Shown: in pieces, positions 42,347-48,809 of the stretch | Layout: each line of letters starts with the position of its first letter | How positions within the stretch are numbered: the first letter of the stretch is position 1 | Assembly: GCA_027624865.1 (NCBI GenBank) | Contig: JAQBTT010000002.1 | Location: forward strand, 1 to 48,809 | Origin: a bacterium | GTDB taxonomy: Bacteria; Patescibacteriota; Minisyncoccia; Minisyncoccales; UBA10102 | Direction of reading: 5' to 3' | Length of the DNA: 48,809 bases | Notes under the pieces: model-generated | The model's input: the letters and a program-made list of their open reading frames with translations, nothing else | Told to the model about the DNA's origin: nothing | Database searches by the model: none | Position numbers and translations under genes: made by a program

Positions 42347-42691
42347 CTACATCTTTATCTCTATATCAACTCCGGCTGGAAGATTGAGGTTCGTTAGAGC
42401 TTCAATCACCTTAGGATTTGGAGCGAGAATATCAATGATTCTCTTATGTGTTCGCATCTCGTACTGTTCTCGTGCATCCTTATGCACAAAGGAAGAACGG
42501 TTTACCGTGTACTTTTTAATAGCCGTTGGCAAAGGAACAGGACCTACAGCCTCACATCCATATCTTAAAACAGTATCAATAATCTGCTTTGAAGAAGCAT
42601 CTATGACTTTGTGGTCGTAAGCTGAGATTTTAATCCTCAACTTTTGCTGCAAGGGAGCTGTCTTTTCTGTTTTTTGTTTTGTAGCGGGCAT
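42347..42691 (-). CDS. rpsJ: Ribosomal protein uS10
   Basis: 114-aa ORF (KLRIKISAYDHKVIDASSKQIIDT...THKRIIDI). Confidence 0.94.
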   Translation of the reverse strand: MPATKQKTEKTAPLQQKLRIKISAYDHKVIDASSKQIIDTVLRYGCEAVGPVPLPTAIKKYTVNRSSFVHKDAREQYEMRTHKRIIDILAPNPKVIEALTNLNLPAGVDIEIKM

Positions 42692-42720
42692 AAAAGGTAC
42701 AGGCTAAGCGAGATAAAGAA

Positions 42721-43914
42721 TTACGCAATAATCTTACTTACAACTCCGGCTCCTACGGTCTTTCCACCTTCACGAATAGCGAATCTTTGATTCTCTTCCA
42801 TTGCAATAGGCACCAGAAGCTTTACCTTAAAGTTTACGGTGTCTCCTGGCATTACCATTTCAACTCCCTCTGCAAGTTCAACGTCACCGGTTACGTCCGT
42901 GGTTCTAAAATAAAACTGTGGCTTGTATCCTTTAAAGAATGGGGTGTGTCTTCCACCTTCCTCTTTTGCCAAAATGTATACCTCTGCTTGAAACTCGGTG
43001 TGAGGAGTTACAGACCCTGGCTTTGCCAAAATCTGCCCTCTCTCAATGTCGTCTTTCTTTGTACCACGCAAGAGAATACCAACGTTGTCTCCCGCTCGTC
43101 CCTCGTCCAAAGACTTGTTAAACATCTCAACTGAGACAACAACGGTCTTGCTCGTTGGCTTAATACCAATTATTTCAATTTCTTCGTTTGAGTTTACAAT
43201 ACCTCTCTCAATTCTTCCGGTAGCTACCGTTCCTCTTCCTTCAATGGAGAAGACATCTTCAACAGCCATAAGGAAAGGCTTGTCTATCTCACGAACGGGT
43301 TCTGGAATGTATTCGTCTACCTTAGCCATAAGTTCCAAGATAGGCTTTACCGCTTCGTCGTCAACGGAAGTTGCTGCCAATGCCTTTAAGGCAGAGCCTC
43401 GAATTACAGGAGTAGTATCTCCAGGGAATTGATATTTGTTTAAAAGCTCTCGTACTTCAGACTCTACCAAGTCTGCAATTTCAGGATCGTCTACCATGTC
43501 AATTTTGTTTAGAAATACAATGATAGATGGGATTCCAACCTGACGCGCCAAAAGAATATGCTCTCTGGTTTGAGGCATAGGTCCGTCTGGAGCAGAAACC
43601 ACCAAAATGGCTCCGTCCATTTGAGCGGCACCTGTGATCATGTTTTTAATGTAGTCTGCGTGACCAGGAGCATCAATATGCGCGTAGTGACGTGCATCAG
43701 TTTCATACTCCAAGTGAGCAATGTTAATGGTGATTCCTCTTTGCTTTTCTTCTGGAGCAGCATCAATCTGATCAATGGATTTCTCTGTAACCCTCTTTCC
43801 TGCCAACTTTAATGAATGCAAAATATCTGCAGACAATGTTGTCTTCCCGTGATCAACGTGACCAATAGTTCCGATATTAACGTGGGGCTTTGTTCGCTCA
43901 AATTTTTCTGCCAT
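42721..43914 (-). CDS. tuf: Elongation factor Tu
   Basis: 397-aa ORF ([26 protein letters not shown]). Confidence 0.97.
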   Translation of the reverse strand: MAEKFERTKPHVNIGTIGHVDHGKTTLSADILHSLKLAGKRVTEKSIDQIDAAPEEKQRGITINIAHLEYETDARHYAHIDAPGHADYIKNMITGAAQMDGAILVVSAPDGPMPQTREHILLARQVGIPSIIVFLNKIDMVDDPEIADLVESEVRELLNKYQFPGDTTPVIRGSALKALAATSVDDEAVKPILELMAKVDEYIPEPVREIDKPFLMAVEDVFSIEGRGTVATGRIERGIVNSNEEIEIIGIKPTSKTVVVSVEMFNKSLDEGRAGDNVGILLRGTKKDDIERGQILAKPGSVTPHTEFQAEVYILAKEEGGRHTPFFKGYKPQFYFRTTDVTGDVELAEGVEMVMPGDTVNFKVKLLVPIAMEENQRFAIREGGKTVGAGVVSKIIA

Positions 43915-43960
43915 AAGTTTTTTCTATTAGCTTTTATTAGTATTACTTAGTTCTTACGTA

Positions 43961-44170
43961 TCATAGAGGTAAATCGTCAATTGTCAACTCCCCAGCACCT
44001 CGCTCTACATCTTCCTCTTGATAAAAAGGCTCGGCCTCCTCTTTATCTCCATTCTCAATCTCCCTATCATCCACATACGGAGCAATGATCATCACCGGCT
44101 CTCCATTCTCAACAATGATAATCTTCCCTTTATCCTTTCGCAGTATCCTCTTTAAATCTTCAAGATCCAT
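43961..44170 (-). CDS. Hypothetical 69-aa acidic protein (Phd/YefM-like N-terminal pattern, tentative)
   Basis: MDLEDLKRILRKDKGKIIIVENGEPVMIIAPY... followed by an acidic tail; located between fusA and tuf. Confidence 0.5.
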   Translation of the reverse strand: MDLEDLKRILRKDKGKIIIVENGEPVMIIAPYVDDREIENGDKEEAEPFYQEEDVERGAGELTIDDLPL

Positions 44171-44313
44171 AGGCTTTTACTTCTTAAAAGAAATTCGAAT
44201 ATCGAATATCGAAATTAGAAACAAATACAAAAATTCTAATGTTCCAAGTTGAAAGCTTTTTATATTTTGGGTTTTAGTCATTGGGATTTGTTTCGGATTT
44301 CGTGCTTCGGGTT
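44171..44313. repeat. AT-rich heptamer-periodic hairpin spacer, family D (copy D2)
   Basis: Homologous to 16857-17015; ends with cttttac-ttc-ttaaaag 3 nt from the ORF-69 ATG. Confidence 0.8.
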
Positions 44314-46452
44314 TTATCTCCTCTTACCGTCTATTATCTCTTGCGCAATATTTACTGGTACCTCCTCGTAGGTATCGAACTCCATAGTAAAGGTTCCGCG
44401 CCCTTCAGTCAAGGACCTTAGGTTGGTCGCATACCCAAACATCTCAGCTAATGGAATCTTTACATTCACTACCTTCAAGTTTACCCTATCAAACGTTTCA
44501 TCAATCTTGCCTCTTCGCGATGATAAATCTCCAATAACATCTCCAAGAAAATCAGGAGGAATCACTACCTCAAGACTCATCACAGGTTCAAGGAGCATTG
44601 CTCCTGCTTTCTTTGCTGCTGATTGAAAGGCAATGGAGGCTGCAATCTTAAACGCAAATTCAGAGGAGTCTACTTCGTGAAAGGAACCATCATATAGCGT
44701 TGCCTTAATATCAATCATGGGGTACCCAGCTACCACTCCCTTATCCATTGCTTCCTTAATCCCCTTTTCTACAGCTGGAATATATTCGTGAGGAATTGAA
44801 CCACCTTTAATTTCATTTACATACTCAAATCCTTCCCCTCTCTCCTTTGGAGCAACGCGCAAGAGAACGTGTCCATACTGACCACGACCTCCTGACTGAC
44901 GTATGTACTTTTCCTCAGCTTGACCATCTGTCTTAATCGTCTCTTTGTATGCCACCTGAGGTCTCCCAACGTTTGCTGTAACATCAAACTCCCGCTTCAT
45001 TCTATCTACGATAATTTCCAAGTGCAGCTCCCCCATCCCAGAGATAATAGTATCTCCGGTTTCCTGGTCAGAGGAAACTCGCAATGTTGGATCCTCATCC
45101 GACAAACGTTTAAGCGCCATTCCCATCTTCTCTTGGTCAACTTTTGTTGCAGGTTCTATGCGAACTGAGATAACAGGCTCAGGGAAGCTAATTTGCTCAA
45201 GTAAAATGGGACTGCCCTCATCAGCCAACGTATGCCCTGTAGTGGTGTTTTTAAGGCCCACAGTGGCAGCAATATCTCCTGCAAAGAGTTCATCTACATC
45301 TTCTCTCTCGTTTGCATGCATTCTTAAGATTCGAGCAATTCTCTCTTTCTCTCCAGTGGTAACGTTTAGTACGTATGAACCCTTTTTTAACGTTCCAGAG
45401 TACACTCGAAAGTATGTTAAGGCACCTACAAAAGGATCAGTTGCAACCTTAAAAGCAAGAGAGGAAAAGGGTTCATCATCCGCAGCATGGCGCTCAATCT
45501 CCTCACCAGATTTTGGATTAATTCCCTTAATGGGTGGAACATCTACGGGAGAAGGAAGGTAATCTACTACTCCATCTAGCATAAGTTGGACTCCTTTGTT
45601 TTTTAAAGAAGAACCTACAAAGACAGGGACCAACTTGTTTGCCAGCGTTGCTTCTCGCAATACCTTTTTAATCTCGTCTGCTGGGATTTCCTCACCTGCA
45701 ATATATTTATTCATTAAGTTCTCATTTTCCCCAGCTACCTTCTCCATGAGCTTCTCTCGCCATTCCTTTGCTTTTTCTGTAAGGTCCGCTGGAATCTCTT
45801 CTTCTACAATTGTTTCTCCAAAGACTCCATCAAAAGAGTAAGCCTTCATTTTGATGAGATCTATGCACTTGGTGAACTTATCTTCCTCTCCATTGGGAAA
45901 TTGCACTGCAACAGCATTTTTGGTAAGTTTCTCTCCAATGGAAGCAAAGCTCTTTTCAAAGGAAGCTCCCATACGATCCAACTTGTTGATAAAGCAGATG
46001 CGGGGAACTTCAAACTTATCAGCCTGACGCCATACGGTTTCTGACTGGGGTTCCACTCCCGCTACCCCATCAAAAAGCACTACAGCTCCATCCAATACTC
46101 GAAGTGAGCGTTGTACCTCTACGGTAAAATCAATATGCCCTGGGGTATCAATAATATTAATACGATATTCGTGTTCTTTTCTGCGTTTTTCTGCGTCCTG
46201 GTCTGCGTTTTTCTGCGTGCCAACGTAAGTTGGCAACCAAAAGCATGTAGTAGCAGCTGAGGTAATGGTAATACCTCGCTCTCGTTCTTGAGCCATCCAG
46301 TCCATAACAGCGGCGCCTTCATGCACCTCCCCTATTTTGTGTGAAATACCTGTATAAAACAAAATACGCTCGGTAGTAGTCGTCTTACCAGCATCAATAT
46401 GAGCAATAATACCGATATCTCTTATTTTTTCAATTGGATATACGCGTGGCAT
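44314..46452 (-). CDS. fusA: Elongation factor G
   Basis: 712-aa ORF ([25 protein letters not shown]). Confidence 0.97.
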   Translation of the reverse strand: MPRVYPIEKIRDIGIIAHIDAGKTTTTERILFYTGISHKIGEVHEGAAVMDWMAQERERGITITSAATTCFWLPTYVGTQKNADQDAEKRRKEHEYRINIIDTPGHIDFTVEVQRSLRVLDGAVVLFDGVAGVEPQSETVWRQADKFEVPRICFINKLDRMGASFEKSFASIGEKLTKNAVAVQFPNGEEDKFTKCIDLIKMKAYSFDGVFGETIVEEEIPADLTEKAKEWREKLMEKVAGENENLMNKYIAGEEIPADEIKKVLREATLANKLVPVFVGSSLKNKGVQLMLDGVVDYLPSPVDVPPIKGINPKSGEEIERHAADDEPFSSLAFKVATDPFVGALTYFRVYSGTLKKGSYVLNVTTGEKERIARILRMHANEREDVDELFAGDIAATVGLKNTTTGHTLADEGSPILLEQISFPEPVISVRIEPATKVDQEKMGMALKRLSDEDPTLRVSSDQETGDTIISGMGELHLEIIVDRMKREFDVTANVGRPQVAYKETIKTDGQAEEKYIRQSGGRGQYGHVLLRVAPKERGEGFEYVNEIKGGSIPHEYIPAVEKGIKEAMDKGVVAGYPMIDIKATLYDGSFHEVDSSEFAFKIAASIAFQSAAKKAGAMLLEPVMSLEVVIPPDFLGDVIGDLSSRRGKIDETFDRVNLKVVNVKIPLAEMFGYATNLRSLTEGRGTFTMEFDTYEEVPVNIAQEIIDGKRR

Positions 46453-46492
46453 ATTAGTTATGAGTATTAAATACTTGCGAATGTTGATGTAA

Positions 46493-46561
46493 GAGAGGGG
46501 TCGGGAGAGAAGTATTCTCTCCCGTGGCGGAAATATTAAAACCGAGGGGTTTTAAGGAGCG
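46493..46561. repeat. Family G core (copy G3), inverted relative to the rpsI-locus copies
   Basis: The reverse complement matches cgctccttaaaacccctcggttttaatatttccgccacgggaRagaatacttctctcccgacccctctc of 13360-13430. Confidence 0.85.
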
Positions 46562-46573
46562 AGGGACGAGCGA

Positions 46574-46636
46574 CGCGTCGATATGGGCGATAATCCCAAT
46601 ATCACGGATTTGCTCTATAGGATATTGTCTTGGCAT
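46574..46636 (-). pseudogene. Orphan diverged copy of the first 21 codons of fusA
   Basis: [21 protein letters not shown] versus the real [21 protein letters not shown]. Many synonymous differences; it runs into the G3 element and a stop codon. Confidence 0.8.
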
Positions 46637-46638
46637 AT

Positions 46639-46680
46639 AGGAATTAGGAATTAGGTTGTAGGTTGTAGGTTGTAGGAGGC
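46639..46680. repeat. Six tandem heptamers (AGGAATT x2, AGGTTGT x3, AGGAGGC)
   Basis: Read directly from the sequence. The same AGGTTGT x3 tract occurs inside gatA at 1686-1720. Confidence 0.9.
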
Positions 46681-46691
46681 GAGGCAATGAA

Positions 46692-46809
46692 TTTTTAACA
46701 AGCTCGCGCAGGCGATTTGGCATGGTCTCCGAGCTTGCCGAGGAGAAAACTTCCGAGGGTGCAGCTCCCAATTTGCGCTGGCGAATTGAGGAGCGGTTCT
46801 CAAGAAAAC
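46692..46809. repeat. Structured GC-rich repeat, family A (copy A3)
   Basis: gcatggtc, ccgagggtgcagctcccaa and gaggagcggttc blocks are conserved. The distal hairpin is rewritten as caatttgc-gctg-gcgaattg. Confidence 0.75.
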
Positions 46810-46834
46810 AGCATCCAAGCATCATCTCCATCCC

Positions 46835-47302
46835 TCACCATGCGAAATGCGCGAATGCTCGGTTCGCCTCTGCCATGCGATGAGTATCTTCTTTTTTCTT
46901 AAAGGCAGTTCCTTCACTCTTATATGCTGCCATAAGTTCCTCGGCAAGTTTTTCACGCATTGGCTTTCCTTTCTTTCCTCGTGCTGCATTAATAATCCAA
47001 CGAGTAGCCAAAGACTCTTTGCGGTGGTCCTTTACCTGTACAGGAACCTGATAGGTAGCGCCTCCAACTCTTTTGGAGCGCACCTCAAGCAATGGAGCAA
47101 CATTTTCTAAAGCCTTCTGGAATACCTCGATAGGATCTTTCTTGGTTTTGTCTTTAATAATTTCCAAAGCACCATACACAATCTTTCGTGCGGCAGACTT
47201 TTTCCCCTCAGTCATAATATGATTGATAAACTTAGCAATCTGCACATTATTGTGAACCAAGTCAGGATGAGGAATTCTTTTTTGTATTTTGTATCGAGGC
47301 AT
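46835..47302 (-). CDS. rpsG: Ribosomal protein uS7
   Basis: 155-aa ORF ([16 protein letters not shown]...). Confidence 0.95.
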   Translation of the reverse strand: MPRYKIQKRIPHPDLVHNNVQIAKFINHIMTEGKKSAARKIVYGALEIIKDKTKKDPIEVFQKALENVAPLLEVRSKRVGGATYQVPVQVKDHRKESLATRWIINAARGKKGKPMREKLAEELMAAYKSEGTAFKKKEDTHRMAEANRAFAHFAW

Positions 47303-47434
47303 ATAACTTTTATTGCGTAAAAGAAATTTCTAATTTCAAATTTTTAATTTAAAAACAATTCACTAATTTCTAATTTTAAAATTGAATATTTGAAATTGTT
47401 TTTGAATTTGAAATTTATCATTTAAAATTTATAC
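47303..47434. repeat. AT-rich spacer repeat, family E (copy E2)
   Basis: Shares two long blocks with 6477-6565; ends with cttttat-tgc-gtaaaag 4 nt from the rpsG ATG. Confidence 0.8.
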
Positions 47435-47848
47435 TTAGGACTTCTGTCGTTTGGTTCCGTACTTACTTCGAACCTGCTTTCTTCCTTCCACTCCCGAAGC
47501 GTCCAACACGCCTCGAACAATGTGATATCTGACTCCAGGCAAGTCTTTTACTCTTCCTCCTCTGAGCAAAACTACGGAGTGCTCCTGCAAGTTATGCCCC
47601 ATTCCAGGAATATAAGCAGTAACCTCCATTCCATTTGAAAGACGTATTCTTGCTACTTTACGTAATGCAGAGTTTGGCTTTTTGGGCGTAGTGGTAAAAA
47701 CCCGCAAGCAAACTCCCCTCTTGAAGGGAGCGGGGTACCGTACGGGCTGATTCTTTTTTGTATTAAACCCAAAAGTCAACGCAGGAGTTTTATCCTTCCC
47801 TTTTGCTTTCTTTCGAGGGTTTTTTATTAATTGATGAATAGTAGGCAT
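47435..47848 (-). CDS. rpsL: Ribosomal protein uS12
   Basis: 137-aa ORF ([14 protein letters not shown]...[16 protein letters not shown]). Confidence 0.96.
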   Translation of the reverse strand: MPTIHQLIKNPRKKAKGKDKTPALTFGFNTKKNQPVRYPAPFKRGVCLRVFTTTPKKPNSALRKVARIRLSNGMEVTAYIPGMGHNLQEHSVVLLRGGRVKDLPGVRYHIVRGVLDASGVEGRKQVRSKYGTKRQKS

Positions 47849-47850
47849 AT

Positions 47851-47987
47851 CCTGTAGTGAAACTTCCAGTTATCTTTTAAGATTTCGTAATTGTTGTGCG
47901 TTTAGCATCATTGGTATTTGTTGCTTACTATTCTAGCCCCATAATCTCCAAAAGATAAAGAAATCTTCTGAAAATTCTACTACGGGG
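47851..47987. mobile_element. MITE-like element, family F (copy F2), in the rpsL leader
   Basis: Its termini cctgtagtga... and ...ctactacgggg are the same as those of nested F1. Flanked by the direct repeat CATAT (47846-47850 and 47988-47992); the proximal copy contains the rpsL ATG. Confidence 0.65.
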
Positions 47988-48009
47988 CATATAAACAATT
48001 TCACACAAA

Positions 48010-48038
48010 AGCTTATCAAAATTCTTGCAATTTGTCAA
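48010..48038 (-). promoter_or_regulatory. Candidate str-operon promoter TTGACA-17-TAAGCT
   Basis: -35 at 48033-48038 and -10 at 48010-48015. Confidence 0.5.
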
Positions 48039-48088
48039 TAAAACTACGTATCTCTTTTACCAAATCAGAGGTTGACGCAGTTGTAAAC

Positions 48089-48715
48089 TTAAAATAGGTT
48101 CGGGAAAGCATTCATTGGCTTTCCCATAAGAAGGATAAATAGCACGTTCACGATTACCCCGAGTATCCCTGTGAAAAAGACAATGAACAAAAGAATAAAT
48201 ATTCCATACCTACTAAGTCCTTCCTGCACGTACGCAAGTGATCTTGGCAAAAATGCAAATAAAATATGGGACCCATCGAGTGGAGGAATAGGCAAAAGAT
48301 TCAATGCGGCAAGCATAAGATTGATTATTACAATACTGCTTACAATGGCAGCAAATGCCGGATTTAATTCCATAAGGGGCAAGAAGCGAAGTGCCAACCC
48401 AAAGACAAGTGCGATCGCAAGATTGGAAGCAGGACCAGCAAACCCTACTTTTAAAGATCCGAATTTATGGTCTTTAAAGTTAAGCGGATTTACAGGGACT
48501 GGTTTTGCCCACCCAATAACAAAGCCTCCAACTAAAACCATAATAGCTGGCAAAATAATTGACCCTATGGGGTCAATATGTGGAATGGGGTTAATAGTTA
48601 ACCTCCCTGCATTCTTTGCCGTAGGGTCGCCTTGTGCATTTGCAACTATTCCATGTGAAACCTCGTGAATTACCACAGAGAATATTAAAATGGCAATGAG
48701 AAAGATAAACTCCAT
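48089..48715 (-). CDS. Site-2 protease family (M50) membrane metalloprotease
   Basis: The ORF was trimmed to MEFIFLIAILIFSVVIHEVSHGIVA (HExxH); polytopic. Confidence 0.8.
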   Translation of the reverse strand: MEFIFLIAILIFSVVIHEVSHGIVANAQGDPTAKNAGRLTINPIPHIDPIGSIILPAIMVLVGGFVIGWAKPVPVNPLNFKDHKFGSLKVGFAGPASNLAIALVFGLALRFLPLMELNPAFAAIVSSIVIINLMLAALNLLPIPPLDGSHILFAFLPRSLAYVQEGLSRYGIFILLFIVFFTGILGVIVNVLFILLMGKPMNAFPNLF

Positions 48716-48780
48716 ACATCTTACTTTATCACAAACACTAAAAATAACCAGTGGTTTTGGATTTTTGATTTTATGATTTG

Positions 48781-48809
48781 TTTCGCCCGCCTGCAACGCT
48801 TGATGCGTA
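48781..48809. repeat. Partial family A sub-element cut by the window edge (copy A4)
   Basis: gcccgcctgcaacgcttgatgcgta is identical (25/25) to 17505-17529. Confidence 0.7.

Overview
All calls were made by eye from the sequence and the ORF track; no searches or computations were run. The window looks like a small, AT-rich, streamlined bacterial genome, resembling Patescibacteria/CPR. Supporting traits are no L30 gene between rpsE and rplO, a short ProRS and AlaRS, gatCA, and housekeeping genes mostly without Shine-Dalgarno sequences. Nearly everything is on the minus strand. From right to left the order is: M50 protease, rpsL-rpsG-fusA-(69-aa ORF)-tuf-rpsJ, a 2-kb island, rplC through rplO (S10/spc), secY, two adk-like genes, map, accessory small genes, tpiA, folK-folP, mnmA, an NYN gene with an in-frame TGA, alaS, small genes, infA-rpmJ-rpsM-rpsK-rpsD-rpoA-rplQ-rplM-rpsI, one plus-strand PEGA-like membrane protein, a GC-rich TPR-like gene, a TrpR/YerC-like regulator, murA, mreB, holB, frr, rseP, GIY-YIG, proS, mreB, gatC, gatA and two CAT-anticodon tRNAs. 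Three things do not fit an ordinary core region. (1) A GC-rich island of three self-contained small-protein cassettes splits the normally adjacent rpsJ-rplC pair, and similar SD-bearing GC-rich cassettes sit at 26.9-27.6 kb and 11.1-11.8 kb. (2) At least seven families of structured or MITE-like repeats (called A-G here) fill the intergenic spacers of the ribosomal-protein operons. Some show compensatory stem changes, and some have target-site duplications that contain the start codon of the downstream gene. (3) Gene ends recur as diverged remnants next to inserted repeats: the rpsI 3' end three times, the fusA 5' end twice, and the last-helix segment of a membrane-protein gene three times. 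Smaller items are a Lys-codon-rich mini-ORF plus terminator upstream of mnmA, shared GAAC-T-GTTC palindromes around the TrpR-like gene, an rpoA without an alpha-CTD, and a non-canonical initiator-like tRNA. No CRISPR array, rRNA or transposase/integrase gene was seen.
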